Below are positions 20,133 through 29,889 of a stretch of 64,000 bases of DNA, one piece after another. The stretch's first letter is position 1; the number at the start of each line of letters is the position of its first letter. The stretch covers positions 128,001 through 192,000 of the forward strand of contig JBOEGF010000004.1 in the NCBI GenBank assembly GCA_050633305.1. The letters run 5' to 3'. The notes under the pieces are model-generated. The model searched no databases and was not told the origin of the DNA. It worked only from the letters and a program-made list of their open reading frames with translations. This DNA comes from Nannocystales bacterium. Lineage in GTDB: Bacteria; Myxococcota_A; Polyangia; Nannocystales; Nannocystaceae. Both the position numbers and the translations under genes were made by a program.

Positions 20133-20900
20133 GTGGCTGCACCGCGCAAGAACGTCCGCTTCACCGTTGCCTACGATGGACGTGCGTTTCACGGTTGGCA
20201 GCGCCACCCGGGCGTCCCCACCGTGCAAGGAGCCCTGGAGGCCGCGCTCTGCAAGGTTTGTGACGCTCCCGTCGAGGTTCGCGGTGCGGGACGGACCGAC
20301 CGGGGCGCTCACGCGTCGGGCCAGGTCGCAAGCGCGCGGTTGCCCGACGAGGTCGATGTCGGGACGCTCGAAGCCAGGGTCCTGGCCGAGCTCCCGGACG
20401 GGGTCTCCATTCGGGGTGTCCGTGTCGTGGAGAAGGGGTTTCACGCTCGAATGTCGGCGCTGGGCAAGCGCTACGTCTACACGATCCACAACGCGGACCC
20501 CCTGCCGGCGGAGTCCCAGGGGCGCGTTTGGCACGTCCCGGATCCACTCAACATCGAGGCGATGAGAGACTGCCTGGAGATGTTCGTTGGCGAGCATGAC
20601 TTCGCAAGCTTCGCCACCAAGGCCAATCACGCCAGGAAAACCACGGTTCGCACGGTGTCGTCGTTCACCCTTGAACACGATGCACCGAGGATCGTCTTGC
20701 GCATCGAGGCGGACGGCTTCCTCTACAAGATGGTTCGGAACTTGGTGCGGGCCGTCGTCAAGGTCGGCGAGGGGCGGTGGACGCAGCCGCAGCTCCGCGA
20801 GATTCTCGCCACGGGCGACCGACAGGCGGCTCCCGGCACAGCGCCCGCTTCGGGCCTGTGCCTCGAGGAGGTGTTCTACCCCGAGGAGCCCGCGTCGTGA
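20133..20900 (+). CDS. truA: tRNA pseudouridine(38-40) synthase
   Basis: YDG..FHGWQ, AGRTDRGAHA, FHAR, GEHDF, FLYKMVR and TAPASGL. Confidence 0.93.
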   Translation: MAAPRKNVRFTVAYDGRAFHGWQRHPGVPTVQGALEAALCKVCDAPVEVRGAGRTDRGAHASGQVASARLPDEVDVGTLEARVLAELPDGVSIRGVRVVEKGFHARMSALGKRYVYTIHNADPLPAESQGRVWHVPDPLNIEAMRDCLEMFVGEHDFASFATKANHARKTTVRTVSSFTLEHDAPRIVLRIEADGFLYKMVRNLVRAVVKVGEGRWTQPQLREILATGDRQAAPGTAPASGLCLEEVFYPEEPAS

Positions 20901-21409
20901 CCGAGGACTCCGGCGCGTTCGTTCACGAGCGCCACAAGCCCGGTTCGGCGTTGGAGCGTCCTCGTGAACTCGTGGTGGCGTGTGTTCCGATGCGCAGCAA
21001 CGTGAACGTTTCGCAGATCGCCAGGACCGCGAGCGCGATCGGTGCGGAACGCCTGATCCTCACCGGTACCGCGAAGTTGATCTCCAAGATCGCCCGCGAT
21101 GGCGCGGAGTCCCTTCCTGTCTCGGTTCATCGAACGCTTCCGCCGGTTCTTCACCGACTGCGCGCGGACGGCTACCGCCTGGTGGGGCTGGAACAGACCA
21201 CGGGCTCGAGGAGCCTGTACACGTACGCCTTCGAGCGCCGGACCGCGCTGATCGTCGGCAATGAGCGACTGGGCCTTTCTGAAGAGGTCCTCGCGCTTCT
21301 GGATGACGTTGTCGAGATCCCGGTCTACGGCATGCCCCACAGCTACAATGCCGCGATTGCAACGTCGATCTCGTTGTACGAGTACTGCCGCCAATTTCCC
21401 AGCGGCTGA
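20897..21409 (+). CDS. SpoU/TrmH family RNA methyltransferase
   Basis: NVSQIART, VGNERLGL and IPVYG..HSYNAA. GTGA overlap with truA. Confidence 0.88.
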   Translation: MTEDSGAFVHERHKPGSALERPRELVVACVPMRSNVNVSQIARTASAIGAERLILTGTAKLISKIARDGAESLPVSVHRTLPPVLHRLRADGYRLVGLEQTTGSRSLYTYAFERRTALIVGNERLGLSEEVLALLDDVVEIPVYGMPHSYNAAIATSISLYEYCRQFPSG

Positions 21410-21430
21410 CACAGGGCTCCGGTAGGGCGC

Positions 21431-23056
21431 TCACTCGAACGAGAACGACGTGCGCTCCGCTGGGGGAGTCAGCCCGAACATCCCGGTGAGGCGTCGCCCG
21501 TAGTTGAAGTACGCCGAGTCCATCACGATGCTGTACAGGGCCCACTGCGGGCTGTCGGCGGAACGGGAGACGCCCACGTTGGCCGCCGGATCGGTGAGCA
21601 TGGGAGGCTGCGCGTAGAGTTCCTTGCCGGACGCGTCGTACAGGCTGACGTCCCAGTGCACGCCGAGCGCCATCAGGAGGCCCTCGTACTTCACGCCGCC
21701 GGGGATGTCCGTCGTGAGCGTGTAGTAGCCCGGCTGTCGCACGACTTTGCTGTGCACTTGAAGCACGAACTTGCCGGCCCGGGGTCCATTCAGGGGCTCG
21801 ATGGAGAGGAGTTCGGGCTCGAACACGTCTCCGAACGAGCCGCGGAGGACCTCGATGAGCGTGTCTCGGCGTTTGGTGTCGAACCGAGTCGAGAATGCAT
21901 CGCCCGCGTCGATGACCGGTGGACCTTTGGGGAACGCCTTCTTCATCTCTGGGTGATTGGCTTCTTCATCGAACAACGCTTTGTCGAGTTCGGCGTCGGG
22001 CGGGCTGAGGTCGACGTCATTGGTGAACGCCACGTAGAGGACCGGGTCGGCCTCGTGGGCCATCGCGTGCAGGACCGTCGAGAACGCGTCGCGGAGCTTC
22101 TCGTCTGCTGAGAAGGCGTTGTTGCCCTCAGCCGGGGAGCCCAAGCCCGCTTGGACCTCGGTGTAGATCGCATCGAGCGCAGCGGCGGCGACCTCCTCCG
22201 CGTGCTCATGGGCGTCCGTGGGGTCTGGGACGTTGGAGACCTCTTGCATCGTCGCGCGCAGGCTCTTGATGTCGCGGTCCCGCGCGGCAAGGGCTGCGTT
22301 CGCCCAGAGGTGATATGCGCGGGCTTCGGGGCGATGGAAGGCGGGGTCGACCTCCGTCACATACTCGAGGTCCCATCGCGCCGCCGTTGCGGCTGCATCA
22401 TCCTCTGTCGCCGCGACGAGGGCAGCGAAACGGGCGGCCTCCTCCGACTCCCAATGCGCTTGGCTGACGGGCGGCCCGACGACGCCTCCGAGCAGCGCCG
22501 CGCCGAGCGGGAGCCCGAGTTTGATCGCTCTGGGCGTTTCGGTGCGCTTGACCAGCCCCCATAGGCCAGCCGCCGCCATCCATCCAAACAAGCCGACGAA
22601 GATCCCCGCGATGACGCCTGCGCCGATCCCATCGAATGCGGTCTCGCGAAGCGCCGACAGGCACGCGGCAAAAAAGAGCCCTCCGAAGAGGAGCTTCAAG
22701 ACAGCGCCGGCGACGCTCGGTTTCGATGCGGTGTAGTGGGCGCCAGGCGCGGGACCGGATGGGTAGCCTGGGGGAACGCCCGGTGGCTGCCCGTAGGGGT
22801 TCGGTCCGCTGGGAGGCTGCGCGTAGGGTCCGGACGGGGCGCCGTACGGACCTTGTGGCTGACCATAGGGACCCGGTTGCGGCGCATGACCGGGTGGTGG
22901 AGGCTGGGCGTACGGGCTCGGCTGGGCGTACGGACCGGGCTGCTGGGGCTGGCCATGCGGTCCCGGGGCCGGTTGTGCGCCGTAGGGCCCCGGCGCGTGC
23001 GGCGGTGGCGCATGAGGATGTGCGGGATTCGGAGGGCCCTGAGGGGGATACGCCAT
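21431..23056 (-). CDS. Hypothetical membrane protein with a Pro/Gln/Gly/Tyr-rich N-terminus
   Basis: About 110 aa of PGPY(G/A)Q-type repeats, three hydrophobic segments and a large C-terminal domain. Confidence 0.75.
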   Translation of the reverse strand: MAYPPQGPPNPAHPHAPPPHAPGPYGAQPAPGPHGQPQQPGPYAQPSPYAQPPPPGHAPQPGPYGQPQGPYGAPSGPYAQPPSGPNPYGQPPGVPPGYPSGPAPGAHYTASKPSVAGAVLKLLFGGLFFAACLSALRETAFDGIGAGVIAGIFVGLFGWMAAAGLWGLVKRTETPRAIKLGLPLGAALLGGVVGPPVSQAHWESEEAARFAALVAATEDDAAATAARWDLEYVTEVDPAFHRPEARAYHLWANAALAARDRDIKSLRATMQEVSNVPDPTDAHEHAEEVAAAALDAIYTEVQAGLGSPAEGNNAFSADEKLRDAFSTVLHAMAHEADPVLYVAFTNDVDLSPPDAELDKALFDEEANHPEMKKAFPKGPPVIDAGDAFSTRFDTKRRDTLIEVLRGSFGDVFEPELLSIEPLNGPRAGKFVLQVHSKVVRQPGYYTLTTDIPGGVKYEGLLMALGVHWDVSLYDASGKELYAQPPMLTDPAANVGVSRSADSPQWALYSIVMDSAYFNYGRRLTGMFGLTPPAERTSFSFE

Positions 23057-23423
23057 GGCGACTCAATGGACGGACCCGAGGGCGCCAGGTTGCACAGTGG
23101 CGTGCCTCGGGGCCCCAGGCCGGACTCTGGGCAGGGCCGGGGCGCGACGCGTGACAACGTGTCACGCCCGGTGAAACGAGAGATCGCGAACTGCAGAATG
23201 CGCAGGCTTCTCCCGAAGGTGCATCGGTGAGACTGCGAGATTGGCAGGCTCGGTGCTGGATGTCTGCCATGTCTGCAGGGGGCACGTGTTTGGCATATGT
23301 CTTTTAGGGGCATGTCTTCGGATCTGTGATGTTTTGTGGGCGCCGCCTGGCTTGCGTGCTGAGAGTCACCGACCGACAACGCGTCGGAACTTCGGGAGGC
23401 CGGTCCACGTGGATCTCATCCAT

Positions 23424-24842
23424 ATGTGGTCCCTTCGATCCAAACCAACACTCGCTTGTCTCTCGCTCCTTGCCGGGATGCCGGCGTGCGATCCTGCGGG
23501 TGCCGACGAGGCCCCGCCGACGGGGCAGGGGAGTGCTCGACCCGGACTCGGGGGCCGTGGCGATGGCGCCATCCCAGTCGAAGACCTGGTCCCCCGGGTG
23601 CGCACGCTGGCCGAGCGTTTCGACGTGCGCCCCACGCCTGCTGCGCCCGACGTCTCGGACGCCATGTGGACGCTCGGTCAGGCCCTGGCCTTCGACAAGA
23701 TCCTCAGTGGCAATGGCGACGTGTCGTGCATGACATGCCACCACCCGAGCGTGGGCACGGACGATGACCGGGCGTTGCCGCTGGGTGTGAGGGGGCACGG
23801 GCTTGGGGGCGCACGGACGGATGGGGCGCTGATCCCCCGCAACGCGCCCGCGCTGTTCAACCTCCACGCATACCGCACGATGTTCTGGGACAGCCGGGTG
23901 CGGTGGGAGGACGGAAGCCTGCGCACGCCTGCGGATGACATCGACGATCGGATGTTGGCCGTGTTGGGAGACGCTGAGCTTGGATTGGTGTCGGCGCAGG
24001 CCCTTTTTCCTGTGACCTCGCGCGAGGAGATGCGGGGGCACCTTGGCGAGAACGAAGTCGCGGACCTCGATGATGAGGACTTCTCGGGGGTCTGGTCGGC
24101 GCTGATGTTGCGGCTGGAGCAGACGGGTGGGTACCCGGAGTTGTTTGAGGCCGCGTATCCCGAGTCCAGCTTTGAGGACATGACGTTTGCCCACGCCGCC
24201 CGGGCCATCGCCTCATTCGAGGTCGCGGCCTTTGAGTCCCGACAGAGCCCCTGGGAGCGCTTCTTGGACGGGGATGACTCCGCCATGAGCGAACCGCAGC
24301 TCCGGGGAGCCGTGGCCTTCTTCGAGCGCGGGTGCGCTTCGTGTCACCGCGGCGTCGGGCTGTCTGACTTTCGGGCGCACAACATCGGAATGCCGCAGTT
24401 CGGTCCCGGAAAGGGCGATGGCGATGGCGGCACTGATGACTTCGGCCGCGGTGGAGTCACTGATGAGGCTCGAGACCGCTATGCGTTCCGTACGCCCGTA
24501 CTGACCAACATCGGACTCACCGCACCGTACGGGCATACCGGACAGTTCGCGTCGCTCCGGCGCCACCTCGAGCACTACGCGGACCCACGGGAATCCCTCG
24601 AGGCCTATCGGGTGCAAGACGAAGTGGCGGAACCCGAGCTGTGGGGCCTCGTGGTCGACAACGTCGAAGCCGTGCTCGATCGACTCAGCCCCCGGCTTCG
24701 AGAGGTTCGGCTTAGAAGGGGCGACGAGGAGACCGTCGAGGCCCTGTTGGACTTCATGGATGCGCTCACCGACGAGGACGCCGCCGCCGTGCCGGGTCTT
24801 GTTCCAGCCTCCGTTCCCAGTGGGCTTCCGGTCACAGATTGA
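23424..24842 (+). CDS. Di-heme cytochrome c peroxidase / MauG family lipoprotein
   Basis: FDKILSGNGDVSCMTCH, RNAPALFN, FWDSR, CASCH and FRTP.L.NI..TAPYGH.G. Confidence 0.9.
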   Translation: MWSLRSKPTLACLSLLAGMPACDPAGADEAPPTGQGSARPGLGGRGDGAIPVEDLVPRVRTLAERFDVRPTPAAPDVSDAMWTLGQALAFDKILSGNGDVSCMTCHHPSVGTDDDRALPLGVRGHGLGGARTDGALIPRNAPALFNLHAYRTMFWDSRVRWEDGSLRTPADDIDDRMLAVLGDAELGLVSAQALFPVTSREEMRGHLGENEVADLDDEDFSGVWSALMLRLEQTGGYPELFEAAYPESSFEDMTFAHAARAIASFEVAAFESRQSPWERFLDGDDSAMSEPQLRGAVAFFERGCASCHRGVGLSDFRAHNIGMPQFGPGKGDGDGGTDDFGRGGVTDEARDRYAFRTPVLTNIGLTAPYGHTGQFASLRRHLEHYADPRESLEAYRVQDEVAEPELWGLVVDNVEAVLDRLSPRLREVRLRRGDEETVEALLDFMDALTDEDAAAVPGLVPASVPSGLPVTD

Positions 24843-24876
24843 AGCGTCGCCATCCGCGGAAGGGGGCGCGGCTGGC

Positions 24877-26745
24877 CTACCTTGTCATCCACCGGAACAA
24901 GCCAGGCCGTGGTTGCTGACCTCGATCTTGTGCCGCACCGCGAAGCGCGGTCACCAGGTCGAGCATGGACCCGAACCGTCGCGGGCGACTGGGCGCCATG
25001 CCTCGGGACAGGGCGTCGAGCAGCGCCTGCGGGACGTCTCGCCGGGGGGCCGACCGTGCCGACGCCCTCGCAGCAGCATAGAAATCCTGGTTCGAGTGTT
25101 CTGCAAACGGGTGGACTCCGCACAGCACTTCATAAGCGACGACGCAGAAGGAGAACTGATCGCACCGGGGGTCCAAGCGTCGTCCTTCGTGCTGCTCCGG
25201 TGCCATGTACTGGGGGGTCCCCGCGACCTGCCCTGTCTTCGTGACGTTGGAGTGCGATGTCTCGGGAAGCGGATCGTCGGGGAACCGCCGAGGGCTGTCG
25301 CCGGACCTGGCTTCGAGGTCGTGACGGTGGTCGTCGGTCGCAGCGCGGCGTGCGAGCCCGAAGTCGGCGACTCGCACTCGGCCGTCGTCCCCAATGAGAA
25401 CGTTCGAAGGCTTGAAGTCTCTGTGGATCAACCCCGCTCCGTGTGCGGCGGCCAGTCCCTCCGCCGCCTGGAGCAGCAGGTCGAGCGCGGCTCCCAGCTC
25501 CGCGTTCGGCCGGTTGGATGTCCACTCCTTGAGCGTGGCGCCCTCGACGAATTCCATGACGAGGAAGAGGGTGTCCTCCCACTCGCCGACGTCATACACA
25601 GTCACGACGTTGGGGTGAGCCAGCGCAGCCAAGGCTTGGCCTTCCCGAACGAGGCGAGCCAGCACGACATCGTCGGGCTGCCGGTCGAGATGAAGGAGCT
25701 TCAGAGCCACGCGGCGTCCGAGTTTTGTGTCTCGTGCCGTAAATACGGTCCCCATCCCCCCTTTTCCGGCCCGGCCCAGGATCTCGTAGCGGTCGACCTC
25801 CACCCCTGCCTCCGGCATCGTTCGTTCCCGAGCCCTGGTCAGTGACTGGGAGCTCGGTCCTCCAGCTGCACGGGTTCGCGTCGGCGCATCACGATTCACA
25901 CGGGCCGGGTGGGCGACAGGGCTGGGCGGGGTGCCGCTGCCCGACTCTGGCAGCGTGTTGTGGCCGTGGAGGGCCCGGGTCGAGCCCAGCTCAGTTTGAC
26001 GCCGAGCCTCCAGCAACAGCTTTCGCTGCGCAATGAACCGTCTCCCAAGATCGGTGAGGGCGCCCAAACCCAACCCCACCACCGGGCACAGCCAAAGCGC
26101 AACGGATGGAGGCATCATCCGCAGCGGCGTCGCGAGTGCGAGCAGCACGCCGAGGCCTGTGCCGACAACAGGCGACGCCCAGCGGTTCTGCGCTCGAATG
26201 CGGACCCGGTACGTGCAACACGCGTCGCCGGTCGCGATGCACGAACGCTCTTCCACCTGGGCACACGGAAGTCCGACAAGCATGGGCAAGGTCGGAAGCT
26301 GTGCCCGGCGGGTGAGACACATGAGTCGGCTCTCCGCGCGCTGGCTGAAGTACCGAAGCGTGAGCTCCCGGTCTGAGCGGACCTCCACTTCGTAGCGGCT
26401 GATACGAGACACGAGCGACAGCGTGCGTCCAAGAACCTCGTACGCTTGCCGGCCGGTGAGGAATGGGAAGACGACGAGCAGAGGTCCGTAGGCGCGACGG
26501 TTGTCGTAAACGCAGGCCTTTGCGAATCGCTCCGTTGTTCCGAGCGCAGCGCGGTAGGCCGCGATCAACCGCTCAAATGCCTCATGGGACAGCCAGCCTG
26601 AGTCTTGCTGAAAGATCTCGACCGGGACACGAGCCTTGCGGTGGACTTCGTGCGCAGCTTCGACGCCGAGCTGCTCCTGGGTGTACCAGAGGAGCGGTCG
26701 AAGAATCCGAGCGTTGAGCTCAGGAAGATCGGAGTCTTGAGCCAC
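24877..26745 (-). CDS. Ser/Thr protein kinase with an N-terminal V4R-like sensor domain and two TM helices
   Basis: The C-terminal kinase has GKGGMG, HRDFKPSN, DFG and GTPQYMAPE. The N-terminal domain ends in ERSCIATGDACCTYRV. Start uncertain (26745 or 26790). Confidence 0.85.
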   Translation of the reverse strand: MAQDSDLPELNARILRPLLWYTQEQLGVEAAHEVHRKARVPVEIFQQDSGWLSHEAFERLIAAYRAALGTTERFAKACVYDNRRAYGPLLVVFPFLTGRQAYEVLGRTLSLVSRISRYEVEVRSDRELTLRYFSQRAESRLMCLTRRAQLPTLPMLVGLPCAQVEERSCIATGDACCTYRVRIRAQNRWASPVVGTGLGVLLALATPLRMMPPSVALWLCPVVGLGLGALTDLGRRFIAQRKLLLEARRQTELGSTRALHGHNTLPESGSGTPPSPVAHPARVNRDAPTRTRAAGGPSSQSLTRARERTMPEAGVEVDRYEILGRAGKGGMGTVFTARDTKLGRRVALKLLHLDRQPDDVVLARLVREGQALAALAHPNVVTVYDVGEWEDTLFLVMEFVEGATLKEWTSNRPNAELGAALDLLLQAAEGLAAAHGAGLIHRDFKPSNVLIGDDGRVRVADFGLARRAATDDHRHDLEARSGDSPRRFPDDPLPETSHSNVTKTGQVAGTPQYMAPEQHEGRRLDPRCDQFSFCVVAYEVLCGVHPFAEHSNQDFYAAARASARSAPRRDVPQALLDALSRGMAPSRPRRFGSMLDLVTALRGAAQDRGQQPRPGLFRWMTR

Positions 26746-26887
26746 CGTGTACTGCGCGCGTAGCGGAGCTGAGGTTACCACCCGCCGCACGCGCGGCCTG
26801 CCCCCTGCCTCCTGGTTCTCGACGCATCACCGACGGCGGCGGGCGACCTCCGGGAACCTGTCCTTCGTGCCAGTGTCTCTGGTCGCG

Positions 26888-26922
26888 AAAAAGAAAAACC
26901 CCGCCGGGAAGGGCGGGGTTTT
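26888..26922 (-). terminator. Rho-independent terminator of tRNA-Thr
   Basis: Minus strand reads AAAACCCCGCC-CTTCCC-GGCGGGGTTTT-TCTTTTT directly after CCA. Confidence 0.8.
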
Positions 26923-26997
26923 GGAGCCGTTAAGCGGAGTTGAACCGCTGACCTGCTGATTACGAATCAGCTGCTCTACCAACTGAGCTACAACGGC
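26922..26997 (-). tRNA. tRNA-Thr (anticodon CGT)
   Basis: GCCGTTGTAGCTCAGTTGGTAGAGCAGCTGA-TTCGTAA-TCAGCAGGTCAGCGGTTCAACTCCGCTTAACGGCTCCA: a 76-nt cloverleaf with encoded CCA. Confidence 0.96.
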
Positions 26998-27103
26998 GTG
27001 GGCGCAGGTTCTACGACCCCGGTGTGGGGGCGTCAAGCGCAAACTCGCGGTCGCGGTTCGCTTCTGCGCAGACGGCGTGCGCCGGGACGGTTCGGTCGAG
27101 GGC

Positions 27104-28021
27104 TCAGGGCTTCCACAGCACGCCTCGGGCGCTGGGATCGAGGTCCGGGGTCGCGGCGGGATCTCCGGTCAGGCGGAGCATGACCCGTCCTCGCACGGCA
27201 TCTTCGGGGAGCCAGCCCAGAGCGCGCGAATCACAGCATGCGCCGCCATCGCGGTTGTCCGCGACCACCAGGAACCCGGGGGCCTGCATCTGCACGGGTC
27301 CGAAGTCCGGCGGCGGAAGCTCCAGCCCGGGCCACAGAACGGGGGTCTGTTCCGCCCGCACGAGTACGGGGTACCGCCGCGCGTCGGTGGTCTCATACGC
27401 GAGCGTGCGGAGAGCCTGTCCTCCCTCTTGCAGACGGATTCGGATCGGATCGGCGAGCTTGGAGGGCACGGGGTCGCCGTTGATGGACAGCCCGAGGGCG
27501 CCGGCGGGTCCGTGAAACTCGACGGTGTCGCCGGGGACCGCCAGAACTCGACCGAGGCGAAGGGGTCCCCGGTCGATCTTGACGATCCCATCACTGCGGG
27601 ACTGGACTTGCTCCCAGTTCGCGTCGAGCTCGGCTCGGTCGACCACGGAGGTCGCGATGCCGGTGTTCTTGAGGACACCCTGAGGATCTTGGCGGACGTC
27701 GGGGCGCCCGGCCTCGGCGGGGACGCCGTTGGGGTGCTCGAGCTCGGGCGCCTCCCATGATCCCGGTCGGGCCATGCCGGGGTCGTACAAGACGATGTCG
27801 CCCCGCTCGAGGCTCCACGGGTCCCGGGTGATGACGACATGGTCGCTGTCGACGAGGGTGGGAGCCATGCCGTCTCCGTGCACCTCGACCACGGTCGCAA
27901 AGCTCATACGCACGACGACAAGCGCGGCGCCGCCGACCAAGGTCAGCCAGGCGATGCGGGACGACCAACCACGCGCAGGGGGGCGTGCTCGGGGGTCATC
28001 CTCTGGGTCTCGGCGGAACAT
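27104..28021 (-). CDS. Signal peptidase I (S26) homolog, predicted catalytically inactive
   Basis: TM helix, then GDGMAPTL, RGDIV, LGRVLAVPGD and DNR....DSR..G boxes. The catalytic Ser and Lys positions are both Gly. Confidence 0.78.
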   Translation of the reverse strand: MFRRDPEDDPRARPPARGWSSRIAWLTLVGGAALVVVRMSFATVVEVHGDGMAPTLVDSDHVVITRDPWSLERGDIVLYDPGMARPGSWEAPELEHPNGVPAEAGRPDVRQDPQGVLKNTGIATSVVDRAELDANWEQVQSRSDGIVKIDRGPLRLGRVLAVPGDTVEFHGPAGALGLSINGDPVPSKLADPIRIRLQEGGQALRTLAYETTDARRYPVLVRAEQTPVLWPGLELPPPDFGPVQMQAPGFLVVADNRDGGACCDSRALGWLPEDAVRGRVMLRLTGDPAATPDLDPSARGVLWKP

Positions 28022-28658
28022 GGGGCGCGCGCGCCAGCGCACGGGCCAACGCTTGCAGAGTGTCGGCGAGGGCGTCCGCGGAACCCAAGAAAGTGGAGAT
28101 CCCGGCCAGGCCGTATGCCCCGGCGTGCATGCACGAGCCGGCGGTTTCGGCGGTCACCCCACCCAGGGCGAATACCCGCGGATGGCGCGTGGTCCAGGCC
28201 GCGAGCGATTCGACTCCAGCGGCGGGTTTGGCAAACGCCGCAGCTGTACGGGGCGCGAACACCGGTGCGAACACCATGTAGTCGGCGGTGGAGGCCCTGG
28301 GGCCGCCGTGCACGGAGGCGCCGAGGAGCGCCTCGGGCCAAGCTGCGCGGGCGCGCAGCAGTTCGTCTTCGTTGGGATCTCCGCGCAGCTGGAGCCCACA
28401 CAGGCCCGCATCGCGGGCGAGCGGAGCGAACCGGACAACGTCCGGCATGGCGCAGGATCCAAGCACTGGGATGTCTGCGGCCCTCGCGGAGCGAACCAGC
28501 GGCCCCAGGCGATGCTCGGGGTGGAGCATCGTTGCCGGATCCACGCCTGGATCCCTCAAGAGGACGGCCAGGGCGAGTCCGAGGTCGGCCGCCACGTCCA
28601 CGCACGTTGTGGCCACCGGCCCTCGCGGGGGCGTGATGGCCAGCAACCGTGGGATCAC
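27996..28658 (-). CDS. Thiamine phosphate synthase / TenI-like protein
   Basis: [29 protein letters not shown] and [14 protein letters not shown] overlap with thiG. Confidence 0.75.
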   Translation of the reverse strand: MIPRLLAITPPRGPVATTCVDVAADLGLALAVLLRDPGVDPATMLHPEHRLGPLVRSARAADIPVLGSCAMPDVVRFAPLARDAGLCGLQLRGDPNEDELLRARAAWPEALLGASVHGGPRASTADYMVFAPVFAPRTAAAFAKPAAGVESLAAWTTRHPRVFALGGVTAETAGSCMHAGAYGLAGISTFLGSADALADTLQALARALARAPHVPPRPRG

Positions 28659-29449
28659 TCGATGAGTCCGGCAGCCGGGCTCGAGGCGTGGGCGTGGGCT
28701 CGCATCGGCATTCGGCCGGCGAGGAACGCCTTGCGGCCCGCGTCGATGCCCAGTCGCATCGCCTCGGCCATTTGCACGGGGTTCTTCGCGGCCGCGATCG
28801 CGGTGTTCATCAGGACGCCCTGACATCCGAGCTCCATCGCGACGGCGGCGTCGCTCGCCGTCCCGACGCCAGCGTCCACGATCACTGGAATGCTCGACTG
28901 TTCGAGGATGAGTCGCAGATTGTGCGGGTTCCGGATGCCCATTCCGCTGCCGATGGGCGCAGCCAAGGGCATGACTGCGGCGCAGCCCATGTCCTCGAGC
29001 TTCCGACAGACGATCGGGTCGTCGGAGACGTAGGGCAAGACGGTGAACCCGTCGTCGATCAGCTGCTGCGCGGCGCGAAGCGTCTGCTCGTTGTCGGGCA
29101 GCAGAGTCTTCGGGTCGCCGATGACCTCCAGCTTCACGATGTCGGCAATCCCCAGCTCTCGGGCGAGTCGGAGCGTCCGGACGGCTTCGTCCGCGCTGTA
29201 GCACCCCGCCGTATTCGGAAGCAGGGTGTACTTGTCGCGGTCGATCCAGCTCAGGAGGTTGTCGGTGGCTTTGAGATCGACCCGGCGCAACGCGACGGTG
29301 ACGATCTCGGCACCGGAGGCTTCGAGCGCGGCGGTTGTCTCTTGCGCATCCTTGTACTTGCCGGTTCCGACCAGCAGGCGGGAGCGAAGCGTGCGACCGG
29401 CGAGGGTCCAGGTGTCTTCCGAAGTTTGGGTTGTGGTTGCTTGGGTCAC
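28655..29449 (-). CDS. thiG: Thiazole synthase
   Basis: [35 protein letters not shown] and VDAGVG. Confidence 0.95.
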   Translation of the reverse strand: MTQATTTQTSEDTWTLAGRTLRSRLLVGTGKYKDAQETTAALEASGAEIVTVALRRVDLKATDNLLSWIDRDKYTLLPNTAGCYSADEAVRTLRLARELGIADIVKLEVIGDPKTLLPDNEQTLRAAQQLIDDGFTVLPYVSDDPIVCRKLEDMGCAAVMPLAAPIGSGMGIRNPHNLRLILEQSSIPVIVDAGVGTASDAAVAMELGCQGVLMNTAIAAAKNPVQMAEAMRLGIDAGRKAFLAGRMPMRAHAHASSPAAGLIE

Positions 29450-29451
29450 GG

Positions 29452-29658
29452 TCAGCCTCCTCCGACGAATGTGACGATCTCGAGCCGGTCTCCCGCCGTC
29501 AGCGGGGTGTCGGCATGCGCGTCGCGAGGAACGATCTCTCGGTTGCGTTCCACGGCGACGTGGCGCGACTCCAGGCCGAGGCTGCGAAGCAGGCAGGCGA
29601 CGGTGCTTCCTTCCTCGACCGGGCGAGTCTCGCCATTGACGAACACGTCTTGCACCAT
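29452..29658 (-). CDS. thiS: Sulfur carrier protein ThiS
   Basis: VNGE...[12 protein letters not shown]...[14 protein letters not shown]-terminus; directly upstream of thiG. Confidence 0.95.
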   Translation of the reverse strand: MVQDVFVNGETRPVEEGSTVACLLRSLGLESRHVAVERNREIVPRDAHADTPLTAGDRLEIVTFVGGG

Positions 29659-29834
29659 CGCGGGATACCAATGGCTGGCTCCGACGTCACGCGCGCGGGC
29701 AGCGGACCTGCGGCGCCTGCGACACAGCGAGGCTTCTTGCCACGCCCAAGCGTGGTGGCTTTCCACCACTGTATGATTTCTGCAACAGCGCGCGGAAGTG
29801 GAGCAAAAATGAGCGTTCCGTGAAACCGACGGAA

Positions 29835-29888
29835 AATCAACCGATTAGAAAATCGGTGCGGGCTGTGCGGTCTGGCACGGTCCTCGCT
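29835..29888 (+). promoter_or_regulatory. Putative IHF site plus sigma54 (-24/-12) promoter of the Crp/Fnr gene
   Basis: AATCAACCGATTA (29835-29847) matches WATCAANNNNTTR. TGGCACGGTCCTCGCT (29873-29888) has GG-N10-GC spacing. Confidence 0.65.
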
Positions 29889-29889
29889 T

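Noticed and set aside
23060..26997. Genomic island integrated at tRNA-Thr
   Set aside because: No integrase and no duplicated tRNA 3' end seen in the window.
29659..29834. TPP riboswitch upstream of thiS
   Set aside because: I could not find the conserved CUGAGA and ACCUGAU core on the minus strand.
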